This document shows, piece by piece, positions 1 to 9,311 of a stretch of 64,000 bases of DNA; position 1 is the first letter of the stretch; each line of letters begins with the position of its first letter. The notes beneath the pieces were generated by a model. That model saw only the letters and a list, made by a program, of their open reading frames with translations. It did not search any database and was not told where the DNA came from. The stretch lies in the NCBI GenBank assembly GCA_963807915.1, contig CAWEDO010000001.1, forward strand, positions 205,561 to 269,560, written 5' to 3'. Made by a program: the position numbers and the translations under genes. The stretch comes from an uncultured Chloroflexia bacterium (GTDB taxonomy: Bacteria > Chloroflexota > Limnocylindria > QHBO01).

Positions 1-240
1 GGCCTGAGTGTTGGCACCATGCTGCAGGCGATTGCCCGCCCGGCGATCTGCGGCCTGGGTATGTTCCTGGCGGTTGGTGTCACCTCGCGCCTCGTCGATC
101 AGCCAGTCGGGTCAGTGGGGACGTTCGCTCTGCTCGCAATCGGCGGCGCGGGCCTCTACCTCGGCCTTTCGATGGCGCTGAACCGGACTGCGCTTCGCGA
201 GCTGGTGCGAACCGCGACCGGCGCGCGGCGCTCAGCCTGA
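1..240 (+). CDS. C-terminal fragment of a polysaccharide flippase (Wzx-like) membrane protein, truncated by the window edge
   Basis: Two hydrophobic helices ending ...LNRTALRELVRTATGARRSA; TGA overlaps the ATG of the next glycosyltransferase; context-based call. Confidence 0.45.
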   Translation, partial: GLSVGTMLQAIARPAICGLGMFLAVGVTSRLVDQPVGSVGTFALLAIGGAGLYLGLSMALNRTALRELVRTATGARRSA

Positions 241-1379
241 TGCGAGTCGTGCACGTCCTCGATGAGTGGCTGCCGCTGACCCAGACGTGGCTGGCCAGTT
301 CGATCGGACAGCTGCCGCCGGAGGTCACCTCAACCGTTGCGTGCCGCCGGTTGACCGGCAGTGCGAGCGCCTCGCCCGCGGAGATCGTTCAGGTCCCGGC
401 GGCGCTTCGCGGTATAGCTCGCCGGGTGGTGGACGCCGTGCTCCCCGGTCTCGAGCCAGGCCGCCTTGCCCGTCGGGTCGAGCTGCTGAAGCCTGACGTG
501 CTGCACGCGCACTTCGGCGCCGCGGGCTGGGACGCCCGAGCGGCGGCCGATCGGGTCAGAAAGCCGTTCCTGGTCAGCTACTACGGTCTCGACGTCGACG
601 CGCTGCCGCGCGGAAGCCGCAAATGGCGGAGTCGCTACCGACGCATCTTCGACGAGGCCGCAATGGTGCTGGCACTCGGTCCCTGGATGGCGGAGCGGCT
701 GGTCGGCCAGGGAGCCGACCCTGCCCGGATCGCGGTCCATCATCTCGGAGTTCCTGTGGCCCAGCTGGCGTTCAGGCCTCGCTCGTGGGATGGGAGCCGA
801 CCGCTGCGCGTCCTCATCGCGTCGTCGTTCCGGGAGAAGAAGGGGATCCCGCTTGCCATCGAGGCGCTGGCGAGCGTTCGCTCGCGAGTCCCATTGGCCA
901 TCACGCTCGTCGGCGACTCGTCGGGGCATCCACGAGAGGTGGACGAGAAGCGAAGGATCATCGACACCATCGCCCGAGAGCGGATGGGTGACGAGGTCCG
1001 GCAGCTCGGCTACGTCGCCCACGCCGAGCTGCTGGAGCTGGCGCTCGAGCACGACCTGTTGGTGGCCGCCAGCAGGACAGCCCGCGACGGAGACAGCGAG
1101 GGGACGCCGATGGCGTTGGTGGAGCTCGCCGCCAGCGGGCTCATCGTCGTGAGCACCCAGCATGCGGACATTCCGGAGATCGTCGCCGATGGCGTGACCG
1201 GGTTCCTCGCCGAACCTGGCGACCGAGACAGCCTGGTCGAGGCGATCGAGCGCTCGCTCCAGGTGTCCGACCGCTGGCCGTCGATTGGATCCGCTGCGCG
1301 CGCACATATGACACGGGAATTTGACGGCCAGACCCAGGGACGCCGCCTAGCGGAGCTGTATCGGCAGGTCGCTCGGTAG
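240..1379 (+). CDS. Glycosyltransferase family 4 (WcaL-like)
   Basis: PDVLHAHFG, SYYGLD, EKKGI, DSEGTPMALVELAASG...VSTQHADIPE GT-B motifs. Confidence 0.9.
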   Translation: MRVVHVLDEWLPLTQTWLASSIGQLPPEVTSTVACRRLTGSASASPAEIVQVPAALRGIARRVVDAVLPGLEPGRLARRVELLKPDVLHAHFGAAGWDARAAADRVRKPFLVSYYGLDVDALPRGSRKWRSRYRRIFDEAAMVLALGPWMAERLVGQGADPARIAVHHLGVPVAQLAFRPRSWDGSRPLRVLIASSFREKKGIPLAIEALASVRSRVPLAITLVGDSSGHPREVDEKRRIIDTIARERMGDEVRQLGYVAHAELLELALEHDLLVAASRTARDGDSEGTPMALVELAASGLIVVSTQHADIPEIVADGVTGFLAEPGDRDSLVEAIERSLQVSDRWPSIGSAARAHMTREFDGQTQGRRLAELYRQVAR

Positions 1380-1389
1380 CCGCGAGCCC

Positions 1390-2520
1390 TCAATCGACCT
1401 TGGGCTCGCCCCGCATCCGACGGAAGAGCGCCTCGTACTCGTCCGTTACGTGGTCCCACGAATACTCAGCCAGGGCACGCGCCTGGGCCAGATCCCCCAG
1501 GCGTCGGCGCTCGGGCGCATCCGTCACCAGCGAGCGGAGGCAGCCTGCCAGTGCGTCCGCGTCGTTGCGGTCGTAGAAGGCCCCGGCGTCACCCAGTACC
1601 TCGCGGTGTTCGGGGACGTCATTGGCAAGGATGCACGCGCCGCGGCCCATCGCCTCGACCAGGGCCGGATGCGTGCCGCCCACCTCCGTCGCCTGAACGT
1701 AGGCGAGGGCGTTCGACTGGAGTTCCGCGTAGCCGTCGCCGAAGATGTAGCCGGTCATCTGCACGCCCGGAATCGCGGCAGCGGCGGCCTCGAGCGCCGC
1801 CTTGTAGCTTGTGGCGTACGGCGCGTCGCCGACCACGACGAGCGGGACGCCACCGAGACCCTCGAGCCCGCCCGCCCGCCGATATCCTTCGATGACGAGG
1901 TGCGCGTTGTTCTCCGGCTCGAGCCGGCTGACGTAGAGCAGGTAACGGTCTGCCTCGAGGCCGAGACCCGCCAGGGTCTGGCCCGGTGCGAGCCGTCGGG
2001 CGTCGGACCCGTACGGGATGTAGACCGTCTCCTTGCCATGACGCTCTCGGTACCAGCGTGCAATGACGTGGGCGTCCGAGATGAGGACGATCGGCAAGCG
2101 AGGCGAGAGCCATGCACACGCCTGGTAGTAGAGACTGCCGAGCCGGTTCCACTTTCCCCGCTCCCATTCGAGCCCATCGACGTTGAGCGCAACCTTGGCG
2201 CCGGCGAGGCGCGGCACGAGCGCAAAGGGAGCATTCGCGTTGTTGCAGATCAGGACGATGTCGAATCGCCGGAAGAGCCCATCGAGCACCGACAGGCACG
2301 TGTGGGTGACGGTGTCGAGATACTTGTGATGAATCGTCGGCAGGACGCGGAGACGGATGCCGCGATGCTGGTGAAGGTCCCGGCGGATCGCGGGACTGCG
2401 CCCGTATGCCGTGACCTGGTGCCCGCGGGCCACGAGTCGCGCACCAAGCTCCTCGGCCATGGTCTCGAACCCGCCGTAGGCGGCTGGAACGCCACGCGTC
2501 CCCATGATCGCGATCCTCAT
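1390..2520 (-). CDS. Glycosyltransferase family 4, DUF1972-type (rhamnosyl/glucosyltransferase)
   Basis: N-terminal MRIAIMGTRGVPAAYGGFET, NVDGLEWERGKW, VSRLEPENN, EVGGTHPALVEAM. Confidence 0.85.
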   Translation of the reverse strand: MRIAIMGTRGVPAAYGGFETMAEELGARLVARGHQVTAYGRSPAIRRDLHQHRGIRLRVLPTIHHKYLDTVTHTCLSVLDGLFRRFDIVLICNNANAPFALVPRLAGAKVALNVDGLEWERGKWNRLGSLYYQACAWLSPRLPIVLISDAHVIARWYRERHGKETVYIPYGSDARRLAPGQTLAGLGLEADRYLLYVSRLEPENNAHLVIEGYRRAGGLEGLGGVPLVVVGDAPYATSYKAALEAAAAAIPGVQMTGYIFGDGYAELQSNALAYVQATEVGGTHPALVEAMGRGACILANDVPEHREVLGDAGAFYDRNDADALAGCLRSLVTDAPERRRLGDLAQARALAEYSWDHVTDEYEALFRRMRGEPKVD

Positions 2521-2529
2521 TCGCGCGCC

Positions 2530-3543
2530 CTACTCAACGCGGCGCTCCGACCGGTCGCCAAACCAGCCGAGCACGTCGTCGTCGTCGGCGCGTCGCCGTC
2601 GCATGACATCCCGACGCCGAACCCGCAGCCGCCCCATGTCACCGAGGACGTCGGTGACCGCCAGGAGCGTCCGCTGCTCACGAACCAGGCAGTAGCCAAG
2701 GATCTGCACGTCCCTGCCGACGATCGCGTGCCAGTCACGTCGCCATCCAGCCGCCAGCTCGTTTTTCGCGATCATCCGCCAGCGATTGGCGACCGAGAGT
2801 CGGTTGATTCTGGCCGGCAGTCGTCCCCGCCGACCGGGCGCGACCCGGCGCCGATGGCGCGCCAGTGCCGCCGGGACGTACCGACACCGCCACCCGAGGA
2901 GCTGTGCGCGCCACGCCAGATCGACATCCTCGCGGTAGGCGAAGAAGGACTCGTCCAGGAACTCGCCACGGAAAGCGGTGTCCTCGAGCATGCTCCGCCG
3001 ATAGACCGCTGCAGCGCCGGAGGCGCCGAAGACGTCGGCCGGAGCAGGATCCCGGCCCGCGGCCGCGAGCTCGCTCGACCGATCGAGGACCCTGCGGTTT
3101 CGAAGCGCGACCATTCCGGTCGAGTCCAGCACGTCGTCAGGCAGCTCTTCCAGCGGCCCACCGTCCAGTGAATCATCCCGGAACCTGAGGAGCCGTCCGG
3201 AGACGGCACCGATGGTGGCGTCTGCCTCCATCGCCTCGACGGATTGCTCGAGGAAGGCAGGCGCCAACCGGCAGTCTGGGTTGAGGAGGATGTGGACATC
3301 CGCCGGCTCGAGAGCCATGACCAGGTTGTGAGCCGCGGCGAAGCCAACGTTCGTGAGCGAGCGTTCGAATCGGGCGTCTGGCATGGCCTTCCGGGCCAGA
3401 TCAGGCCCGTTATCCGACGATGCGTTGTCGAGCACTACCAGTGCGTCGGGCGGGCGGGTCTGAGCGTCAACGGCGGATAGGCACGCGCCGATGTCCTGCG
3501 CGCTCTCGTGGAGCACGATCCCCAAGGTGACCCGCAGGCTCAT
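2530..3543 (-). CDS. Glycosyltransferase family 2
   Basis: LDNASSD, NVGFAAAHN, LLNPDC, FFAYREDVDLAWR; start set at MSLRVTLG, overlapping the upstream gene stop. Confidence 0.85.
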   Translation of the reverse strand: MSLRVTLGIVLHESAQDIGACLSAVDAQTRPPDALVVLDNASSDNGPDLARKAMPDARFERSLTNVGFAAAHNLVMALEPADVHILLNPDCRLAPAFLEQSVEAMEADATIGAVSGRLLRFRDDSLDGGPLEELPDDVLDSTGMVALRNRRVLDRSSELAAAGRDPAPADVFGASGAAAVYRRSMLEDTAFRGEFLDESFFAYREDVDLAWRAQLLGWRCRYVPAALARHRRRVAPGRRGRLPARINRLSVANRWRMIAKNELAAGWRRDWHAIVGRDVQILGYCLVREQRTLLAVTDVLGDMGRLRVRRRDVMRRRRADDDDVLGWFGDRSERRVE

Positions 3544-4703
3544 GGCCGCCCTCGCCCAGCAGCGCCGGACCAAGCGTTCATGGCGGCGATTGCCGTTGCG
3601 GCGCGAGCCGACCATTGGTTGTCGGCCGCGAAGGCGAGCCTGTTGGCGCGTCCCGTCGCCAGCTCGCCACCGACAGCTCGCCGCGCAGCTGCGACGAATG
3701 CCTCCGTATCAGTGCAGACCTCCGCGAGCCCAGCCGGCCAGCCGTTGGCCGGAGGGATCGGGGTCGAGATGACCGGCGTGCCGGCGGCAAGCGCGTCCCA
3801 GGCCTTCATTGCGTCCTGCGACAGGGTGTACTGGTCGACGTGGTGCGGAACCAGAAGGGCCGTGGCTGCCCCGATCATCGCGCGGGCCGCCTCCGGTTCT
3901 ACCCGGCCCGGGAGCCGGACATTGGCGCGGGCCGCCAGCGCCGACCAGCCCGCGGGCACGCGCTCGACCGGTCCGGCGATGGTGAGCGTGATGTCGGGAA
4001 GCGCGGCAGCGACTGCGTTGGCGATTCCTGTGTCGAAGCGCTCGTGGATGCGACCCACATAGACGAGGCCGGCGACCTGCCTATCGCCCGTGGGTGGCTC
4101 CAGCTCGAGTGGAGGGCAGGCGTTTGGGAGCAGGCGAACGTCTGGAGCGCCGAGCTGTCGCAGGCGGTCCTGCATCGCCCGTGTGTTGGTGAAAATGAGA
4201 TCAGCTCCATTCGCGGCGGCGCGATACCCGTCTGCCACGGCCCGCAGCCGGCGTTCGCCGCGGACAAGGGGGGAGAGGTCCCATGCGTCGTAGGCGTCCA
4301 CCACCACATGCCAGGCGGGCTGACCGCGCTTCCAGTCGACGACGGCTGGGACCGATTTCGGATCGGCAACCCAGACGATGACCCCCCCTGCAGCCCGACG
4401 GGCGGTGGCGCCGAGGACCCCCGTGAGGAACCATCGCTCGAGCCCGCCGAACGGCCAGGGATGCTCGATGACGACGGCGCCGCTCGCGATCTGGTCGATC
4501 CATCCGGCCAGCCCTCGGCCGAACGTCGGTCGCGCTCGTCCTGCGCGTCTGGCGAACGCGGATGGACGCAGCCGGTTGATCACGATCACGTTGTCGAAAA
4601 CGCCCGCCGCGATGAACGCCGAGAGGAGCTGCGCGGGACGGTTGGGCAGGCCCGCAGCCCGCGCCGGATGCGGCGAAACGAAGATGAGGGTCGGGAGGCT
4701 CAC
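3540..4703 (-). CDS. GT-B glycosyltransferase (TuaH-like)
   Basis: LLPNAC, VYVGRIHERFD, KAWDALAAGTPVISTP; in a run of GT genes. Confidence 0.7.
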   Translation of the reverse strand: MSLPTLIFVSPHPARAAGLPNRPAQLLSAFIAAGVFDNVIVINRLRPSAFARRAGRARPTFGRGLAGWIDQIASGAVVIEHPWPFGGLERWFLTGVLGATARRAAGGVIVWVADPKSVPAVVDWKRGQPAWHVVVDAYDAWDLSPLVRGERRLRAVADGYRAAANGADLIFTNTRAMQDRLRQLGAPDVRLLPNACPPLELEPPTGDRQVAGLVYVGRIHERFDTGIANAVAAALPDITLTIAGPVERVPAGWSALAARANVRLPGRVEPEAARAMIGAATALLVPHHVDQYTLSQDAMKAWDALAAGTPVISTPIPPANGWPAGLAEVCTDTEAFVAAARRAVGGELATGRANRLAFAADNQWSARAATAIAAMNAWSGAAGRGRP

Positions 4704-4754
4704 CTCAGCGCATGTCCGTCGGCCCGGTGACCTTCGATGACCCAGGCGTGCGCC

Positions 4755-6083
4755 TCACGGGGCTCGGTTGGTGACGACCGGTATCGGATCGGGGCTCCCG
4801 AGCGACCAGAGGTCAAATCCGAGATCCGCCATCTGTGCCGGGTCGAGAAGACGCCGACCGTCTACGACGACGGGGCGTGCCATCGCCCTGTGGGCTGCGG
4901 CCCAATCGACATTCTGATACGCCGGCCACTCCGTCGTGATGACCGCCACGTCTGCTCCTCGCAATGCCTCTAGTGGCGTTGCGGCCAGGGAAAGTCCAGG
5001 GAGCGCCAGCGCCGCATTCGCAGAGGCTTCCGGGTCATGGGCCACGACATCCGCCCCGGCCTCGGCCAGGAGCCTAACCACGTTCATCGCTGGCGACGAG
5101 CGGATGTCGTCCGTGCCCGCCTTGAATGCGAGCCCGAGTACGGCGATACGCCGTCCCTCCAGGCCTGACGCCGCCGCCGCGACACGCTCGACGAACCGCC
5201 GCTGGTGACTGGCGTTGGCCTCGGAGGCAGCCGACGTGACATGCATCGGGAGGCCGACCTGTTCGCCGGCCGCCGCGATCGTGCGGAGCTCCTTCGGAAG
5301 GCAGCTTCCACCGAAGCCGAACGATGGACGGAGGTACGTCAATCCGATGCGTGGGTCGCTGCCGATGCCACCCATCACGACATCCACGTCGGCACCGTAG
5401 CGCTCGCACAGCCCGGCCAGCTCGTTCGTGAAGGACAGCTTGAGTGCGAGGAAAGCGTTCGCACCGTTCTTGATGATCTCCGCTTCGGCAACACCCACGA
5501 TGAGGGTCGGGATGCCCGGCGGCACGAGGGCCTCAACCACGGCGTCCAGCCTGTCGGGATCAGCGTCCGGGAAGCGGCCCACCACCGCTCGCGACGGCGA
5601 TCGGAAGTCCGCCAGGGCCGTCCCCTGGCGCAGGAACTCGGGGTTCGTGAAGGTCCGGGCGCTCGGGACACCCGCCTCGTTGACCAGCGCCTGGGTCGTG
5701 CCCACCGGGAGGGTGCTCCGGATGACGAGCGTCGCGCCGGACGCCACGATCGGCGCGACATCGACGAGCGCTGACCGTAGCTGGGTCAGGTCGCTCACGC
5801 CACTGTCGTCGATAGGCGTGCCCACGCAGACGAGGACGAGGTCAGGCGTCTCGACCGGCGGCGCGGCAAGGATCTCGAGCCGGCCCTCGCTCAATGCCGC
5901 GTCAAAGGCGGCCTGAAGGCCCTCCTCATGCAGGGGTATCCGTCCCGTCCGGAGGGCGTTCAGGCGCTGCTGCCCCTTCTCGACCAGTCGGATCAGGTTG
6001 CCGGGCGCGGCGAGCCCGGCGGCGGTGACGAGACCGACGTAGCCAGCCCCGATGATGGCGATCGTGCGCTGAGGTGGGGTCAT
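4755..6083 (-). CDS. ugd: UDP-glucose/GDP-mannose dehydrogenase family
   Basis: IIGAGYVGLV Rossmann motif, CVGTP, NPEFLRQG, AEIIKNGANAFLALKLSF, catalytic GFGGSCLPKE, GLAFKAGTDDIR. Confidence 0.9.
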   Translation of the reverse strand: MTPPQRTIAIIGAGYVGLVTAAGLAAPGNLIRLVEKGQQRLNALRTGRIPLHEEGLQAAFDAALSEGRLEILAAPPVETPDLVLVCVGTPIDDSGVSDLTQLRSALVDVAPIVASGATLVIRSTLPVGTTQALVNEAGVPSARTFTNPEFLRQGTALADFRSPSRAVVGRFPDADPDRLDAVVEALVPPGIPTLIVGVAEAEIIKNGANAFLALKLSFTNELAGLCERYGADVDVVMGGIGSDPRIGLTYLRPSFGFGGSCLPKELRTIAAAGEQVGLPMHVTSAASEANASHQRRFVERVAAAASGLEGRRIAVLGLAFKAGTDDIRSSPAMNVVRLLAEAGADVVAHDPEASANAALALPGLSLAATPLEALRGADVAVITTEWPAYQNVDWAAAHRAMARPVVVDGRRLLDPAQMADLGFDLWSLGSPDPIPVVTNRAP

Positions 6084-6151
6084 GTGGCGGAAGCGTAGCA
6101 GCCCGTCGGCGGGTGTTAGGCTTCGGCCATGCTTGCTCGTCGCATGCCGCG

Positions 6152-6700
6152 ATGAGGATTCTGCCCACCCGCCTGGCGGGGCTGATCCTGATCGAACCGC
6201 AGGTGTTCGCCGATGGGCGCGGATTCCTGTTCGAATCCTTCCGACGCGAGCCCTACTGGGCCGCGGGAATCGATGTCGACTTCGTGCAGGACAACCACTC
6301 GCGCTCCCTCCGCGGCACCATCAGGGCGCTGCATTTTCAGGCTGACCCAGGGCAGCCGAAGCTGGTTCGTGTGGCCCGCGGCCGTGCGTGGGACGTGGCC
6401 CTCGACATCCGGCGCAGCTCCCCGACGTTCGGGCAATGGGAGTCGTTCGAGCTCGACGACGAGCGGAATCTCCAGCTCTACATCCCGATCGGGTTCGCCC
6501 ACGGCTTCTGCGCCACGAGCGACGTGGCGGACTTCGTCTACAAGATCGGGAGCTACTACGACCCGCTGACAGAGCGCGGAATCGCCTGGGACGACTCCGA
6601 CCTCGGGATCCCCTGGCCGGCCGACCAGCCGATCGTCTCCGAGCGCGACCGCGGTAACCCCACGCTCGCCCAGATCCGCGAAGAGCTGCCCGCGTGGTAG
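6152..6700 (+). CDS. rfbC: dTDP-4-dehydrorhamnose 3,5-epimerase
   Basis: FADGRGFLFE, VQDNHSRS..GTIRALHFQ, LYIPIGFAHGF, GIAWDDSDLGIPWP; ATG at 6152. Confidence 0.95.
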   Translation: MRILPTRLAGLILIEPQVFADGRGFLFESFRREPYWAAGIDVDFVQDNHSRSLRGTIRALHFQADPGQPKLVRVARGRAWDVALDIRRSSPTFGQWESFELDDERNLQLYIPIGFAHGFCATSDVADFVYKIGSYYDPLTERGIAWDDSDLGIPWPADQPIVSERDRGNPTLAQIREELPAW

Positions 6701-6709
6701 GCGCCTGCG

Positions 6710-7999
6710 TCAGGCCGTCGACGCCCGTCCATCTCGCCGGCCGAATGCGCCCATGACGCGCCGGTAGACCGGCTCACCGAAGGCGGCCGCTCCGAGGATC
6801 GCGTAGGCGATGTATGGGAAGAGGCTGGCTACCACGATGCCGCTGATGGTTGCGTTCGCCATGTGGACCAGCGCGTACGCGTACAGCGACCACGCCGCCG
6901 CCGTCCTGCGCCGCCGGGCATAGAGGTAGAGCGAGGTCAGGAAGACGCCGATGAGGAGCGGCACGATCACCCAACCAGCCGGGCCGAAGTTGGCATATGC
7001 CTCGCCAAGCATCGACGGCACCGTCCCGCCGCCGGCGTACTCCTGCTCGAGCGCGGCCTTGAGATCCTGGTCGAACGTGCTCTGCCTGCCGGGCAGAATG
7101 GTGATGATGGGCTGAAGGTACGTGTAGCCGAGCTGCCATGGGATCAGGTCCGGGATCGCGCCCAGCGTGGCGGCGAAGTTCTGCACCGGCACCACCAGGT
7201 AGTTCAGCACACCCTTCAGGATCAGCCCACCGAACTCGCCGCTCGCAACTGCATAGGCGATGTCGGGATCGCGCCAGGTGACCGGAGTTCGGCTGAGCCG
7301 ATACCCTCCGATCGCCCCCGCCAGCCCTACCAGGAGGAGCACGAGCAGCCCGAGGAGAGCGATGCCTGTCGCCCGCAGCCGATACAGGCCGGCGCCGAGC
7401 ATCGCCGCCAAGATGGTCGTCTCGATTGCCGTGAAGGCAGGAGCTCGATTGGCGGTGAGGATCTGGAGCATCGCCACGACCATCATCAGGATTGCGACCA
7501 TCAGCCCCGGCTGGACTCGGCGTTGCGCCCCGGCCTGACCCGCCAACAGCCAAAGGCCGGGGATTGCGAGCAGCGACAGAACACGCAGGGCCGCGCCGCC
7601 CTTCGCTGCCGCAAGGACGCGCGCGTCCTCCACGGACTCCATGAAGAGCGGGATCCCGCCGATCGCCACAAGGTATGCGATCGACGCCAGGATCCCCACC
7701 GCGATCAGGGCCAACGCGCCTCTGGCGATCACGCGCTCGAAGTCCCGGCCATCCTCTCCGCCGACATCGCTGCGAATAGGGCGCCACGCGAGGGAGACAC
7801 CGACCAGATACGCGGCCAGGCCGACGACGGCCGCGAGGCCGACGACCACCGCGCGATCCCCGATGCGGGATCCATGCAGAACGGCTCCGAGTCCGTACGC
7901 CAGGGTGAACGCCAACGGAAAGGCGAAGACAGGCGAGACAATCGCAAACCCGCGCTCCGCCCAGAGGTCCCGCCACGCTGCCGCAAGGCGTCCCCTCAC
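6710..7999 (-). CDS. O-antigen/repeat-unit polymerase (Wzy-like)
   Basis: About 10 hydrophobic segments with a large loop, TVPSMLGEAYANFG motif; polysaccharide locus. Confidence 0.7.
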   Translation of the reverse strand: MRGRLAAAWRDLWAERGFAIVSPVFAFPLAFTLAYGLGAVLHGSRIGDRAVVVGLAAVVGLAAYLVGVSLAWRPIRSDVGGEDGRDFERVIARGALALIAVGILASIAYLVAIGGIPLFMESVEDARVLAAAKGGAALRVLSLLAIPGLWLLAGQAGAQRRVQPGLMVAILMMVVAMLQILTANRAPAFTAIETTILAAMLGAGLYRLRATGIALLGLLVLLLVGLAGAIGGYRLSRTPVTWRDPDIAYAVASGEFGGLILKGVLNYLVVPVQNFAATLGAIPDLIPWQLGYTYLQPIITILPGRQSTFDQDLKAALEQEYAGGGTVPSMLGEAYANFGPAGWVIVPLLIGVFLTSLYLYARRRRTAAAWSLYAYALVHMANATISGIVVASLFPYIAYAILGAAAFGEPVYRRVMGAFGRRDGRASTA

Positions 8000-8505
8000 G
8001 ATCGTGGCTCGAGGGAAACCGGATGACAGCTATGCAAACCGATGGACGACGCGTGCGTGCCAGCCGCGTCCCAGTGCGCGACCGATGCCTCAAACGCCGC
8101 GTGGAATGCGTTGACATCCCTTGCCGCGGATGCTGCGACGGCGCGAACTTGCGCATCCGCCGTTGCACCGAGCTCATCGAACCAGGCTGTCACCGCCTCG
8201 CGATCGGCCGGCAGCGGCTCCAGCACGATCCCACGCAGCTGCACGAGCTCGGTGGAGACGACGCCCGCCAGGCCGGCGACTGCGGTGCCGTTCGCGACGA
8301 GGTTCCCATCGGTGACATGCGCAGTGAGCTGTGCGACGAGACCGCGAATGGCCTTGGCATTCGCCAAGCAGATAGCCCGTGCCTCTTCCCGGAAGGTCGG
8401 AGTGGGCGATGGGGTAGGGGGCTCGCCAGAACCCATTCCCGTGGGCAGGATGCCGCACCCGGGCAGCAGCGTGAGCATCACGAGCGCGACGCCGGCCCGG
8501 GTCAT
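7996..8505 (-). CDS. Putative lipoprotein, helical, two Cys
   Basis: Signal with lipobox LPG-C, Pro/Thr linker, amphipathic helices; start set at MTRAG. Confidence 0.55.
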   Translation of the reverse strand: MTRAGVALVMLTLLPGCGILPTGMGSGEPPTPSPTPTFREEARAICLANAKAIRGLVAQLTAHVTDGNLVANGTAVAGLAGVVSTELVQLRGIVLEPLPADREAVTAWFDELGATADAQVRAVAASAARDVNAFHAAFEASVAHWDAAGTHASSIGLHSCHPVSLEPRS

Positions 8506-8593
8506 CGAGGGTGTTCGCCCCGACGCGCCGTCATCTCTGTCGTCCAACCCCTCTCTTGGAGGACTTAACCGCCAAGGCCGCTCGCGGAGACTC

Positions 8594-9049
8594 TCACTCG
8601 CCGGGCGAAGGTGTGGATTGGTCGAAGCCGAGGGCTTGTCGGTACGCTCCGGCGAGGCTTGACGCGTCGTCCACGACACCGACGCTGATCAGCTGCTCCA
8701 TCGCAATGGACACGTCGCCCTGGATGCCGTACGGATCCGCGGAGAGCGCCTGCACGACGAAGTCGGCCTGGCTGCCCGCGGCACCAGGCACCTGCCGAAC
8801 AATCGCGCCGTCTCGCAATCGCAGCTGATCGGGTCCGCGCTGAACCACCTCTCCGACGAAGACCTGGCCGTTGACGAGTTGGATCTCATGCAGGTCGCCT
8901 TCGGCGAGGACACCGCCGAGAGGATCGATCAACAGGATGGCACCGACCCGTACGCCAATCAAGGCCCCCACGACGATCAGGACCAGGGCGCCCGCAATCA
9001 GCGCAGCACGTCGGGGGTTCGGCAGCTTGATCGTCAGCGATCGGGCCAA
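8594..9049 (-). CDS. Single-pass membrane hypothetical protein with a small beta-barrel (Sm-like) domain
   Basis: N-terminal TM followed by IQLVNGQVFVGEV...PYGIQGDVSIAMEQLISV. Confidence 0.6.
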   Translation of the reverse strand: MARSLTIKLPNPRRAALIAGALVLIVVGALIGVRVGAILLIDPLGGVLAEGDLHEIQLVNGQVFVGEVVQRGPDQLRLRDGAIVRQVPGAAGSQADFVVQALSADPYGIQGDVSIAMEQLISVGVVDDASSLAGAYRQALGFDQSTPSPGE

Positions 9050-9158
9050 GATCGGATCCTCCTCATCTGCGAGGTGCGTGGCGCGCCGTAGTATCGCGCC
9101 GCCGGTTCGCCGGTGTCTCGTTGCGCCACCATCATGCCGGCCAACTGTTGAGGCCGGC

Positions 9159-9202
9159 CGAGCTTTTGCGGCGATCTGCCGCGTACACTCGGACCGCGAT
9201 GG
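9159..9202 (+). repeat. 44-bp direct repeat, copy 1
   Basis: cgagcttttgcggcgatctgccgcgtacactcggaccgcgatgg; 41/44 identical to 12946-12989, last 27 bp identical. Confidence 0.9.
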
Positions 9203-9311
9203 ATCGGATTCGTGGCATCACACCGCCCACCGCGGCCACCGAGTTGTGTCGTGCCGGGCGGCCTTCACCGGCGCTTGAGGCTGGCCTGCCCTCGGCTAGG
9301 CTTTCTCGACG

